Below, in pieces: positions 40,828 to 54,960 of a stretch of 64,000 bases of DNA; positions within the stretch are counted from its first letter, which is position 1, and every line of letters begins with the position of its first letter. The position numbers and the translations under genes were made by a program. A model generated the notes under the pieces. The model did no database searches and was not told the DNA's origin. It saw nothing but the letters and a program-made list of their open reading frames with translations. Source of the stretch: Podarcis liolepis (lineage: Eukaryota); assembly GCA_965112155.1 (NCBI GenBank), contig OZ218101.1; one strand, given 5' to 3'.

Positions 40828-43699
40828 ATATAAACCACTTTTGAAACTAGGGGGTTTTTAGAGTAGTTTGTGATGAAGCATTGTATTCTGCCACCCTCAG
40901 AAAGATAACATACCTCCTGAATAAGTGCAAGCCATTTTGAGGAATTAAATACTGGCTATATTTCAAAAGCCTACTTCAGTCCCGTAAGACCAATAGATCC
41001 TAGAAGAGGTGTGCCTCTCCCCTCCCCAATTTCTTCTTTGAACAGTTAAGCCCACTTCGTATCACAAACAGTTTTTGAATTTATATCTATTTAAAAATAA
41101 GTTACAATCCCTTGTGGGGAAAAGAAAAAAACCCACAGGTTTTAAGTATATTTGGGCTAATTTTGAGGTTCTGTGAATCTGGCCCATTATTACCTGGGCT
41201 ATGACCAGAACATTTTTTTAATGGGGATTTATTTTATTTTATTTTAAAAATGCTGCTCTCCATTTCCCCTTTCACTAGGCCCTCAAACAGAACATCTGAT
41301 CCATAAGTGATTAAAGTTAACCCTGTTTAAAAAATTTACAAGTGATTTGAAGACATGGTCTGAAGGCTGTGATCCTAAGCATAATCATCTGAAAGTGAAA
41401 GCTATTGATAGGATTTCCAAGTAAAGAAGTTTAGGATGTTAAGTGTATAAATACAGGGGGCTTTGTAAAAGGAAAACAATTATATGATTATTAAAATAGC
41501 TCTTATACTTTCAGAATTAAGTTATTGATCAGTTTAAAGTTATGATTCATATATAAGGCTCTTCCGACTCCAAGCATTTTTCACAATCATGCCTAAGAGG
41601 AGGACTTGGAATCTGTGACTCTCTTCACCCTAAACTTCTGTGTCTCTGTCATTCCAGGCTCTGCCTCTTATCAACTGTAACGTGAGTAATGCATCCTGAG
41701 TCAGAGGTAACACCCACCTACTACTTGACAGAGTCAAACATTTGGGTCAGTAAAGCTTCCAGCTTAAAAGGACCTTTTGCTATTAGACTATATTCACAAA
41801 ATTGCATTTTAATGTTGTAAATTAAGTAAGTTTTGAGTACTCCTTTTAATTTTTAAAATCAGGTGCTTTTTTATGAAACCTTTAAAGCGAGAGCCTTACT
41901 CATATGAAGTCTTCAAGAAATACACACTTCAGGGCTTTATGATTAACACACACTCCTGTTACTTCAGTTCACATAATTTAGCAGCACTTTTACAAATAAA
42001 TAAATAAACATTCATATTAATTATACTGTGTTTAAAAGCTCTGCATCCATTATTAAAAGTATTGCTTTTGATCATTATTAAATTACATTAAATAGACCAT
42101 AATACAAAAATAGATTGCACCTAGTTATTTGGAAAAATTGTCTTTGGCTGCAATCTTATATAAACTTACAGAGGAGTAGTCTCATTCAACTCAATGAGGC
42201 TTACTTCTGAGTCAGCACATATATGGTTACATTGTTGTTATTTGTTTGGTTCCATATTTTAACAACTACAGAGATATCTAAAGAGCTACGTATTGCATTG
42301 CATATTAAAATTTGAATTTTAGAGACAGCATAAATACAATGTAGGGTGTTTTTATAGTGGATAATGTATTGACTTCATTTTTTATTTACATAAATGTGGA
42401 CAGGGCAAGCAGTGATTTAAACATTATATATCTCTTTTAATTAGCTACCAAAATTTTATGCAGTGTACTCCGCTGTCTATCATAATCAGAATAGAGAACA
42501 TTGTATTTTGGCTAAGAATGTGCTTATAACTAGATGAAGGAGTTTGTCAGAAACGAATCCTTGACTGAAGAAAAACTAGAAAATCCTATCAGCAATTCCA
42601 TGTTCCTTTCTAGACAATTTATTATTAGATATTTCTGATGACACACCTTTTGCTATCTAAAATATACTCAATCTGTCTTTTCAGAAATAGTCATTTAATT
42701 TACTATGCTTTTGTGATAATTTTTATGAAAAGTACTATGTAAAAAACAAATCAGCCATCTTTGGTCAAAAGGTCTACTATGTGTCTGCCACTGCCATTGT
42801 TACATTAATACTGTAAAAGGGAAATTTGAATGGCACAGTTCATTGGGAAAAGACGAAGTTCATGTTTGTGTATATGTGTGTATAGATTAAGATTCTTGCA
42901 CACCTTTAATCTGTTATGGGCTAAAGATTGGGCAGGCAGTGAAGAGGTACGGGGTCAAGGTTAGGAGAGAGAAACAAGAAGCCCTAGATGGAAAGCTCTG
43001 TAAAATATCTGGAATGCTGGGGTATTATACAAATTCTGAATGTTTGTGTAGAAAAACTTCTCTATCAGCAAGTTTTAAAAGAAGATTTAAATACCCACCA
43101 AACACTATGATTTGAGAGAAGCCTTGATTTCTTGGCAACTCTTAAGGATTTGGACAATAGGTCAGGTTTTTAAAGAGGCAGACCTTCTAACTGCTATATG
43201 GCTCCTTCTCCATCTTTGGCTTGCTCAGTAACATACACTATGTAAATGGGAGCCAAGGAACCATCTTCAAATGCTGGAAGAAGCTGTCAGTGGTCAACTG
43301 CAAAAATAGGGTCTAGTTTCCGGTCTTCATATTTTTAACTGAGCCCATGCATGGATCCTGCAAGATGGTATTTTACTGCTACTTTCTCTGAAGTGGATTC
43401 CATAACTTCTAGCTCAGATTTAGCATACTTCTGGGCAAGGGCATAATTTTTAAATGGCTCATTGGCAATAGTGTTTCCTTCCCCCCCTGCAGAAAGAATA
43501 AATCTAGATTAAATAGAAGAAATGTGGGCTGACATTTTGATGCTGAAGATAGCATATGGACAGTTCCAAAAAACCATACATGCACCAGAAACATCAATCA
43601 TGCAGTAATCACCCATGTGGAACCACCCTTTGACTGACATAGTCATGCAGATCAACAAATGAAGTTAGGTAGTTTTTCAGGGAAAGACTATAGGTCAAT

Positions 43700-43820
43700 T
43701 AGAGAACACATATTTGCAATCCAAAATTTCAAGGTTCAATCCCTGGGAATATCAGTTAAAAGGACGTTGCTGGGGCTTAGACTAGATGACCCTCAGAAAC
43801 CCTTCCAATTCTACAATTCT
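43700..43820 (+). mobile_element. Decayed tRNA-head/CR1-tail SINE
   Basis: B-box-like ggttcaatccctgg, followed by actagatgaccctc...ccttccaattctacaattct. Confidence 0.55.
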
Positions 43821-45030
43821 TTTGTTCTTTTACCTTCCTGCCACTCCCCCCCCCCCCAATAGTAAGCAGCAGGAAATCCACTGCTGGGAGGTGAGGCATG
43901 TGTTCCTATCTCCTTAATGACTGTCCTGCAAATGAGGATTGGAATTTTTATAATTGGATTGGATACAAACCTGTTATTGTATGAATGGAAAGGCTCCTTC
44001 CATTTTCACAGGGAGTGGGATCCAGTGAATTCCACCACTTCCTTCTGCAGCTCTGAGCTTCACTTTGCACACTGTTCTGGAGAGGGCTGAAGAGAGGAGG
44101 CAAAAATCACTACCTACTGTCAGTAGAGTTGTGCTGAGCACAAGTCATAATGTAACGCAGCAAAATGTTTAAGCCAATTCAGTCCACTATGGATTTTAAG
44201 GAACAAAAGGTTAAAATACGTAGCCTTTAGTTAACAGATTCTGGCAGATTTAGCATACTGATTGAGGCCTGCATGCATGGGTATTCCTTGCTCTATGTCA
44301 TATTAATAATGTTTTCTAAACAATAAGCACTTAAGCATCTAGGAGGTATATGCGGTAACAGAAAAATAGATAACCCTTATTTAGATAATTCCTGTTTACA
44401 GCCTTATAATATATGGGCAGGATTCATATAAGAAAGTTAATTTCCCCTGAAACATTAGGATCATGTAGATGCTGAGCCAAAGGATGAAAAGAAAGGCAGG
44501 GGGAGCTTGGAAAAACATGAGGGGAAAGGCTTAACTTTTTGTTTCTGCTTTAAAGGAAGCAGTTTGTATAGTTATGCTGTATAATTTCTTTGTAAAATGT
44601 TGTAGTAGAAATCAGAAAGGTATGAGCAAAGACTAAGAAGAGAGCCTGAGCAAAGAAATGTGCTTCAAATAAAATGAGAAATCACTGTGAGGTCATAAGA
44701 GCACATCATTCGTAGTAGAGAATGGAAAGCCTGGTTATCAGCTAGACACTATTCAAAGTGCAACGTAATAGTATCTTGATGTATTTATTGACTTAAATAT
44801 TACAGTATTTGGCATCAGGCATATTAACAAACCAACCTGTTTACTGTTTACTTTCTTCAAAGAGTACCCACACGAAAGATAGCACAAAGTATAGTGATTT
44901 GGTACAACCATCCTTGAGATTGCATGCAAACAACCCTATTTCAGGGAATATGTATATACTCCAGATGATGATTACACATTGAACTATCTTGTACTTACTG
45001 AAGTTGCAAAAATAAGATTGAAAGCATGTT

Positions 45031-45129
45031 GGTTGTGGGTTTGAGTCCCACTTTGGGCAAAAGATTCCTGCTTTGTAGGGGGTTGGACTAAATGACCCTC
45101 TAGGTCTCTTCCAACTCAATGATTCTAAG
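45031..45129 (+). mobile_element. POM-like SINE (tRNA-derived, CR1 3' tail)
   Basis: gggtttgagtcccac..gggcaaaagattcctg..ggggttggactaaatgaccctc..ttccaactc..gattcta. Confidence 0.7.
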
Positions 45130-47989
45130 TTATTAAAGCCTATTGAAATCTTTGAAGCCAAGAGAGAAGAAGCTGAGAAGGATTCCCTGTGATCAGGGAC
45201 AGGGTTCTAGACCCTAGCATTTATTTGCTGGGATGGGGAGCCTTATTGGCCTGAGGGTTACCTGCTCTTATGAGCAAGCTTCTGGGGGCACATGCCCGTA
45301 GCAGGGAGGCGAGAGAGAAAAGGGGATGCAGCAGCAGATATGACTCTTTCTTTTGTATAGTAAGCTACATTTCAAGTACTGTACACAGAAGTGAGAGGTT
45401 TTACACATACACACACACACACACACGCACTATTCAGGCAAAAGTACTAGAGAAAGATGCATAGCAGGTCTCATGATGGGTGTGGCCTGGGGGCTAAACC
45501 AAAGCTCTAGGAGGAACACATTCAGTCTCCTCATCTGAAGTTCTTCATCCCTGCCTTACATGAAGCAGAATACTTTATGCAAAAGAAGCAAATAGTAACC
45601 AATTTGTATAATTTAAATATGTGGCATAATTCCTTCTGGACCCCAAATTTGGTTCATATCGTTGCAGAATTTTTTATGGCTTTATTTTTCAGACAGAATA
45701 CATGCAGTCTGCTTAGTCCCCTGCATAATTCTGTGAATATAGTTAATATAATAGTTCTCATTAAATTATGAAAGAAGAATAATGCAAATTAGTGCAGACT
45801 ATAAGAAATATTTGTTGAATATCAGTAAGAAAAATGTTGAAGGATCGTCTGAGATGGAGATGCAGTTTCATGTCAGGATATAGTTTTCAATTTATTCTTA
45901 CAATATACTGTTTAGATTAGGTTCCTAGTACTTTTACCATTATATATCTGCAGTAAATTTATTGCAGCTAAATAATTTTATATAAAATTCACTTTTGATT
46001 GGATGCATTTTTACATTGTGTTGGAATGGAAACATCCAGTAATCAGCATTTGTCCATCTTGCTTATATGAATTGTTCAAAGGTATTTGGAGTTTAAGGGA
46101 CAAGCTTCACTTGTTGTTGCTATGTCATTTGCTAAACAATAACAAAATTGTTCTGTGTACAAGTACACAAGCACACATTCCAGTCACCACGGGGATCCTA
46201 CAGAATGTGGTGTCCTTGTGATGAATGATCCTTGCCATGGCGATAATAATTGCTGTATTGATTTCCGCCATCACATTGAATTTCCATGCCTCTACTTTCA
46301 TTTTTCTGGCCACTGACTGTGGGTGTCTAGAAATTATTTCATCTTCATTGTGATAGACACACAAATGTGTTGGAGAAGGGAGGAACATTCACAGACTGGT
46401 CTGCTACACATTCAAAATTTCTCCCATTTTGGAGAACAAATTAGATGCCTTTTATATACTGCAGTCTATTATTCATTTAACATAATGGTTTAGGAGACAT
46501 CAACAGCAGCATCTCATTCCCCTAGCCTGATGTCTTTGGATAAAAGTAACAGCTAACAGTTAAGTTGCTCTGTACATATGATAGTACCAACTGTTTAAAC
46601 CTATTTGTTCATTTTCTAAAGCTAAGGATTTGGTCGCATTAATTAGGAAAAGCCTTCCTAAATGTTTTGTGTCTATTCTCTGTGCACCAATTTTATCACT
46701 GAACCAGAAGTGTAGGACGCTTGCTCTTGAAAAATCAAGTATCTTCACCAGAGCTGGAATGTAATTAGACTAACGTAGCAAATTTAGTCACTATGCTACT
46801 GGTGTGGAAGGATTGCTATACCTGGTAGATGGTAGGTGACAGATGGGAACTAGTAGAATACAAGCATCTTAGGAGATATGTACTGAAGGGGTCAGAAGAA
46901 CATCCAGTGCCAGAACTATTAGCTGCTTCAGGTGATAATATAGGCCAGTTAAAAACATTAGTTCTGTCATATGTGCCTAATATGCCATCATGAAGGTAGT
47001 GTCATGACTTCTGTGACTGCATTTCCACACTTCAATGCTATATATCCGACACACACCTTGATCTTGAATAATTGACATTTATGTTTGTAGTTACTGATGC
47101 TCATTGAAATTTTTGGAGCCATTTAGAATTGCACTGCTAAAGCATGAAGCATTTATAGTATACTTTGGTTTTATGATGCACTCAAAACCAGACTATGGGG
47201 TGTTTTTGCTTTTGTTGTCTTACTACTCGTCCATACTTGCACTTGTCCTGTGCGTAGAAAGCACAGGTCTGAGAGGTCTTCTGATCAGTGCATAGGCACT
47301 GGTCTATGAATTTTCCCCTTGCTCCCCTCCTTTCCCAGGAGAAACCTGCTCTTTAGGTTAAAATCAGAACAAATGGCAATCCACAGAAAACCCAACTGCC
47401 GTTTGCCCCAACTGAGCGCTAAAGAGCAGTATTCCCCAGGGGAAAGCAGTGGAATAAGAGGAAGTCTGGATAAGCCCTTAATTTTTGATCAGTCTGAAAG
47501 AACAATTTTTTTATAATTAATTTTATAATGGCACAACACATGAAGTCTGGGGGAGAGGGATAGTAGCATGCTTGATTATAGAGAATAATAAAGTATGAAA
47601 TATGTAGCTAAAATAATGCTAGTATTTTTTAAACTGTAGGGCAGTGTCCTTTAAAGTCCTTTAAATGCATAAGCTTCTTTTATGTTTTGATCTTCCAGTG
47701 CTCAACTGTAACTAGTTTCAAACAAATTATTAAAGGATCACATAAAAATTAAAAGAAGCACCCAAACAAGCTTAGCAACAGCAGCAACAGCAGCAGTGTA
47801 CAGTATTCATTATTTAGGCTTAAATGGCACATAACCTACTTTATTGCATCCTGATAATACTGATTTTTAGATGGCATGGTTCAGTGATGTAAACTGTGAC
47901 ATTTTAAAAAAATTAATCTTCTAAAACTTTGTTGATTTTACTAATCTTATTAAAAAGGGAAGATTACACTGTGAATATTGTGCCTCAAT

Positions 47990-48185
47990 NNNNNNNNNNN
48001 NNNNNNNNNNNNNNNNNNNNNNNNNNNNNNNNNNNNNNNNNNNNNNNNNNNNNNNNNNNNNNNNNNNNNNNNNNNNNNNNNNNNNNNNNNNNNNNNNNNN
48101 NNNNNNNNNNNNNNNNNNNNNNNNNNNNNNNNNNNNNNNNNNNNNNNNNNNNNNNNNNNNNNNNNNNNNNNNNNNNNNNNNNNNN
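47990..48185. other. Assembly gap (196 N)
   Basis: Run of N characters. Confidence 1.
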
Positions 48186-51100
48186 ATCATACACCATCAT
48201 TTTAGCTATAGATTATCTCAGTGCTGCTTTATTGTGCCTCATCTCAGCAGCATATGTGGATTTAGTCTTGTATGCTTTGACAATGGTTTTTGACATGATC
48301 TTTGCACATTTATTCTCTAGAGTTCAGTTAACATTAAATCCCAAGCTTGCAAAATTTAGACAATCTTGTATTCCACAGTTGCATATATTTGCTCTATTTC
48401 ACAAAACTTTAGATATGCTTTCCACCCTATATATAATGTTTATAGGTTACTATGCAACATTAAACAGGAAACAGTTTGTTACAGTATGAAGTCCTGATTC
48501 AATAAAAATAAAAAATTGAATAGACTGTGGTTTAACCACATTGTTAAATCCTACATTCTCCATCTCTAGACTCCCACCCCACCAGTTCAAGTGTATATAA
48601 GCAAGAGACACACCTACAGAGTAGATGAAGAAAGTGGTAGAGCCCTGATTCATTGTTGTTGGGAAAGAAACAGTGGATAGTTTCCATGCCAGGAGCCTCA
48701 AGGTCTTCCTTCCTCTACTCATAATTAGACACAGAGCAAGGGGGTAGGGGTGAGGAGCGTGTGGCAAAACAACCTGAGTTGGAACTCAGTAAAGAGCAGC
48801 CAAAGTAAGAAGCTTTTCAGGGTCCTTTGGGCAGTGCAGCCAGGTGGATGTCAATGTAACTCTCACAGATGTGGAAATGTAATTTCCGCCTTGGTTAGGT
48901 TTCTTTTACTTTCCAGGCAAGTAAATAACAATTAGTATTCTTCACATATTGGTTTCAGCCCCAGACAGGCTTGTACCTCCCTTTGTCTATTCTTCTGACA
49001 AAGGTGGGTACACTTAATGAATGCCATTGCTGTGAATGTTACTGAATGCCCTGCCTGCCTGCCTCTACTGCTGTGCTCTGATTTGTTAAGGAAGACTGGA
49101 ATCATGTAATAGAATAGGAATGATGGCAATAAAGGAAAGTAAAAATATATAAAGGAAAGGGAAATAAAAATAATTCTTCATATCAAACCATAAACCATCA
49201 TAGATTGCTGTTTGGTTGCCTGCTAAACATATTGTCAGTATATTATAGGAGTGACTTAGAACATAAAATATGATTAGAATTTGACAAACACTGTCTTAAG
49301 CTTTCAGTACACCTTAGTTGAATATAGTATTTTGCTGACCTGCTTTTTAACTGATTCTTTTTTCTTATTTTAAGTTAAACCCTAACTCTGTATTTTTGTT
49401 TCATTGTAAAAAAAATTGTTATGATAAACTGGACTTGTATACAATTTAATTAACAGTTGAAGATATAAAGGCTTGTTGCTATTTCTAAACTAAAATATTG
49501 ATCTTTTGATTAATATGTCACTTAAAATATGTATCTTGAAAACCCTTTCCTTTCTAAATGACACTAAGGAACACTGTTTTCCTTCTTGGGTATAATCCAG
49601 AATAGTTTCAGTGTTCCTGTTTAAAACAAAAAGCAAGACGTGGAAGAACACTAAAATAGCCTTTAAAATGTTTTTTATAAATGTATATTTATTAATATAG
49701 ATGTAGGCATAAAGCTAAAACTATAGAATTCATTTTGCAGGATGGGGGTGGGATCACAGTCTCAATAATTGTAAAACATAAATCTTACATGACTAACAAA
49801 AGTCTGTTTGCTGATCGTGATAGTTCAAAATTTGATAGATCTAAGATGTTATTCAAATCTGAAAATGCAAGTTCAATTGGAATTCCTATTTTATAGCTTT
49901 GTAAAATATTTGTTCTCATTTTTATGTTCTGATCTGATCTTTTATCCAAAAGAGGTTATTTACTTTCAGTGAGCTCCTATATGTACAAGTTAGAACATTA
50001 GTAAAGAAAACTGATGGGAAATTAACAAAACCCTCTGTGTAAACATGGAATTTTTAACTGTATAATATACGTCAGTAGCTTTTAGTCTTACTTTTCATGA
50101 AAAGTTAGCAACTTGCCTTCTTAAGACTGATACACTGTTATTTCAGTAAATATGCCCTTGCATATTTATGCTTACACCTTGTACCTTTGCATTAATGTAA
50201 TGTGTAATATTATAGCATGATTTATTAAATATGTTCCTTAAGCAAAAAGTATGTTTATTTTGCAAGATACGGTTTGCATAATGAAAAGTTGAATATGCAT
50301 TACACTTTTGAAACACATAGGACAAATGCTTGTTCCAAATGATCTGGAGAACATTCCTACACTTTCAGATAAGCATAACTTTATACTAACAGGGGTGCCA
50401 TTTCCATAGTCATTTTGCAGCCATCTTGGTAAATGGGCTGCATTTGAATAGTTGAGAGATATTCTCACAAGTTCACAGAATGGGTCTGCTTCCCCATTTG
50501 TAAAACACAAGTATGTTTCTATGACCAGGAACAACTTTTAAAATACCACCAAGAGGGAGATGATGTTCTTTAGCAGATTGCATTGCAAATCCTCATGCTC
50601 TGGACATTAGATAAGGCAGCTTTTTGTGGGCGTGGGGAGAAGAGAGACACCTGGCTAAAGCAGCCAGATACAGAGGACATTTCTCGAAATACCAAAGCCC
50701 CCCTCTCCCATGCACCAGCCTGATAATCATTTAAAATTAGTAATGATTTTAAAGTTGTTTTACCAGTACCAGACAATTTGACTATAAGCAGAATTTACTC
50801 GAACATGTCATTCCCAAACTTTTGAATGTGGGGATTCCCACAAGAACACAAACTTATTTTGCATTGTTTTCAGTGCATTCTAAGGGATAGTGAAATGGTG
50901 CTTAATTTATCAAGATAAGATAATATAGGTAATATAGTATGTGAATTATATCAAAAACTGTGACTCACCTAGTGATTCGCTCTTCTTTTATAGCATTCTG
51001 CTTTTAATCACTTTTAATGAGTGAAGTAAATAAATTTTACTGTTTATTCTACCCAACAGTCATTTATGCGGAATGTGGAAATTCAGTTTTGGGATTTATT

Positions 51101-52990
51101 ATTCAGAATATGGCTGTGATCCTTTTCAGAAGGTAAATCCCATTAAACATAGTGGGACTTCCTTCTGAGTAGACGTACATAACAGCACCATAACTGTGAC
51201 TAGTCTTTGATTTCATTCCAGCATGCTATTAGTGGTTAGACACAGAAAGTACTATGGTCTCAAAGCAATCCTAAACATAATTAATTGGAATTTGTTGTTT
51301 TTTTTAATCAGTCGGACTTGCAAGTAAATATAGTTATATTTGGACTGTAAATTAGTAGCCAAATATTTTTTCTGGAACAATCCAGAGTATTATTGTTATA
51401 TTACTGTTCCTTAGTGTTTTGCTGATGTATGTTCTTAAATTGTCTTTCAAGTTTAAAATATTCATTGCAATCCTAATACGTTTTACAAAATTTGCAAAGT
51501 GAAATTTCAGGATTTATACAAGATTTTTAGATCTCCCCCCCCCCCATGTTCCTTAGAGGGATCACAATTTGACCATACCCTTTATATTGTTTTGGTAATC
51601 ATAACTTCTATATAGTTTTTATTTAACAGAGCATTGAAATAAGCATATTATTTTTCCTCAAAGCTATTGGCTTAAAAAAATATGTTTCTTTCATTTCCAG
51701 GTTTTAAATATATTTTTTATCACCCTCTTTTTGTGATATTTGTTTCATTTCCCAATCTTGTTATTTCTCTTTTTGGAAGGAGTGGGGACGGAACGATGTT
51801 CTCTTTTGGTAGTTTCCAATAATGTAAATGATGCCACACAAAGCTAAGTACTAGTAAACTTTAATCAAAGATGGGTTTGCTGCTGGGGAACCTACTATTC
51901 TGCCTTCTGGAAAATACTCCTTTTAAAAAGTGCTTTGGACTTATTTAGTAATCTATATAATGCTGTTTCAACAGACAAGCCTGAAAAAATATATAAGATC
52001 CCTGAATATGAATTCTGTGTATAAGGTTTCCATTTATGTAAGTCAACATTGGTGTAGTTCTAAATAGACAAATATATTTCTCAATGTTTATCCATAATTA
52101 TCCCTTTGATTCTAACCTATAATTTGTCCCTATAGTCATACAACATTTCATGTTTAGAAGTTTTAAAATTATTCTGTGACTGTCATGTTCTGCTGAGGTT
52201 CTGCTGTTAATTCAACATGAGCAATCTGATACCTTAAATGATTTTTGCTAAATGAAATGTTTCTCTGCTGTGCTATTTCCCTTGAAGAAATACAATCTTT
52301 ATCATTAAAGGGTCACACATTCAGTATATTTTTTGTTGTTACTCCCATTTGATTTTTGCTAGTTAATAAATATTTTTTAAGCACAGAAACTTTCTTGTCT
52401 GATGGACAGGACAGTCCTATGATCTCACTGTTCCTCATAGCCACTGCACAAGGCTATCACCAGGGCTAAAGTTGTGCTCAATTAGCTCAGCCAATGGCCA
52501 TATAAACAAAAGGAAAGTTTCCTTTACTGGGGGTTGCAGGAACTATGAAGCAGGCAAGGAGACCACTTGGGTGCAAGTGGTGGAAAACCACATGTGAATC
52601 TGAACAAACACAAATAAGAATTTATTATCAAGCCTATGGTGGTGGCATCTCCTTCTCTATTACCACCCAACTGAGGAGTTCCATCCATTGGTTCAGGAGC
52701 TTACCTGGTTCATTAAAGCAATACGAGGCTACCTAGGATCTAGTCTTTTGCTGGATGGTTTTGAATTGTTGAAACCAAAGGATACGGAGAAGTATTTAGA
52801 TAAGTAGGCCTAAAGCATAACCACATATTCCTTGCTCTTCTTGGCCTGTAACATCTAGCAGAAAGAAATTGGCTAAGTCCAGGAGTTAGTGAATGCCTCT
52901 TTGTGGAATGTGGAGATGGGAGTGGGTGTGGGGTTTCACCAGAACTGAATGCCATGGTTCTGTAACATGTTCCTTGGACACAAAATTGTG

Positions 52991-53115
52991 GTCATGCTGG
53001 CCACATGACCCGGAAGCTGTACGCCGGATCCTTCAGCCAGTAAAGTGAGATGAGCGCCACAACCCCAGAGTCGTCTGCGACTGGACCTAATGGTCGGGAG
53101 TCCCTTTACCTTTTT
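52991..53115 (+). mobile_element. Sauria SINE (Squam1) 3' fragment
   Basis: gtcatgctggccacatgacccggaag...gagatgagcgccacaaccccagagtcg...actggacctaatgg, ending in a cctttaccttt tail. Confidence 0.88.
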
Positions 53116-53597
53116 ATTCCATCTGAATCAGGAGAGATAGCTGAGCTATTTGACTGATAACTGGAGGTGGTGATGGATTGGATGTGAGACAATAAAATGA
53201 AGCTGAATCTTGAAAAGGGGTTTCATGTGTGAGTGGTGGGGAGGCAGCCTGATATGGATGAGGTTGCACGCCTCTGGAAGGAGCAGGTTTGCAGCTTGGG
53301 TTGTTCCTGGTGCTCAGGTGGACTTGGTAACTGGAGCCCTTTGGCTGGTTTACCAGCTATGGCCGTTTTGGACAGAGATGACTTGGCCACTGCACTCCAT
53401 ACTCTGGTAACTTCCAAATTGGATTATTGCAATGTGATTTATGTGAGGCTGCCTTTGAAGACAAGTCAGAAATTTCAATTTGTCCAAAATGCAGTGGACA
53501 GATTACTGGCTGGGGTTCTGTTTAGATCTTGCGTGACCTCTGTTTTAAAATAGCTGCACTGGTTGCCAATCTGTTTCCAGACCAATTCAAAGTGCTT
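53116..53597 (+). mobile_element. L2-clade LINE ORF2 fragment
   Basis: Peptides WM*DNKMKLN, LATALHTLVTSKLDYCNVIYVRLPLK..QFVQNAVDRLL and LHWLP. Confidence 0.85.
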
Positions 53598-54409
53598 ACA
53601 TGTTCCCCAGTGCTGCAGTGGGGCAAGACATTCCATTCATTGGTGTTTTGAGTGCTCTGTGTATCTCAGGGAAAGTGAAAGATAAAGGGTGTTGGGGAGT
53701 CCTGCTTCATTGTTTGTGCTCCTGCTCCATTCCTTATTCATGCAGGGTGGAGTGACTTCTCCTTGCATCTCTAGTTGTAGCAAGTGTTAGCAGTGCACCC
53801 TTCTCACTTTGTTGTAAGTCTTGGCTGTTTGTGCAAAGGGGACTTTTACCACAAAAGTCTCACTGGGTGTCTATAAGTTCAGTGCCCAAGGATGCTCCAG
53901 ATCTGTAAACATATCAAGTGTCAATGTATGTTCATAGAGAGACTTATAAGCCATCCCCCCCATTTCCAACAGATTATAATTCAAGGATGCTCTGTTGGAC
54001 CTTTGATGTGTAATACTCGTGATTACAAGGAAACTTGAGAAGCTTTAATGTTTGAATGGATTATTTCAAGCTTTTTTCAAGTTAAAATGTTTACATAAAC
54101 TTTGCAATAAATCAATGTAGTTTCATAATAAATTACACGTGATGCCATTTAACCAGTACCATGAATTAGAAAATTATTTGGTTTATAACTAGCTGAAATA
54201 TTTGTTGCTTCCACGTGTCTAAGTTGTTTTTATGTGTTTAGTTCATGTGTTTTGCAAACATAACTCAAATTATTGGGTATTTCTATAGCCAAGTTTCCTG
54301 CATATTAGGACAGGTCAAACTTTCTTCCTGTGAGTTAGCCAAGGTAACACAGACAAAGGTTATTTCTCACAGTTTAGCAAAAGAATTTGAGCCATGGGCT
54401 AATTTGCAG

Positions 54410-54960
54410 CTACTGGGGGGTGGGCCTTGTCTCCCCAGAATTTCACAGGGCTTCTGCATATCAAATGGCTGGGTAAGATCCAAGGGGAGGGGCATTGGGC
54501 CTTCTTAAAGTGCCGGTTGCCCCCAGACTCAGCCTTTTTCCTTTTGGGGCTGAATTTTCCAACTCTCACTGCATCAGTTTTAGAGACTCCCACTGAGGCG
54601 TGAGTGGTTGCTGGTTTACAGGGCCAGAAAGGAATTTTACTTTTAACCGCAATGGGCCTTCCATTGAAAGGTTTTCACTTTTCTCTCAGTGGATAGCAGG
54701 TATTTGTTAGGTGTCTTCTACAAATCTATTAGTTACAACTTGAGCAGAAATGGCATTGGGTAGGATCTGAACATAAGTGTCTTTAGGAGGTGCACCAGCT
54801 GGCCTGAGCATGGGTGGGCTGGGTCTGGTGTCACACATCTCAGGTTACCAGCAGGATTCCAGCTGCAAGTTGTGCACCGTGCTGGGTCAACTTCCAAGGA
54901 ATTCCCTAGTAGGTGTTCTGGGATGGTGTTTTCAGACCAGAAATCTTACAGGATGACAGA
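54410..54960 (+). mobile_element. Old copy of the 56430-57180 repeat family, opposite orientation
   Basis: Colinear blocks similar to the reverse complement of 56790-57070: ggggagg..gcct.cttaa..ctttt.cc.tt..gctga..ttttcc, then acaactt..ggcattgg. Confidence 0.45.

Noticed and set aside
40362-40838. Overlapping 120-160 aa ORFs on both strands
   Set aside because: These reflect stop-codon scarcity in GC-rich DNA; no transposase or other domain is recognisable.
47921-48489. Long ORFs containing X residues
   Set aside because: Artefacts of translating across the N gap.
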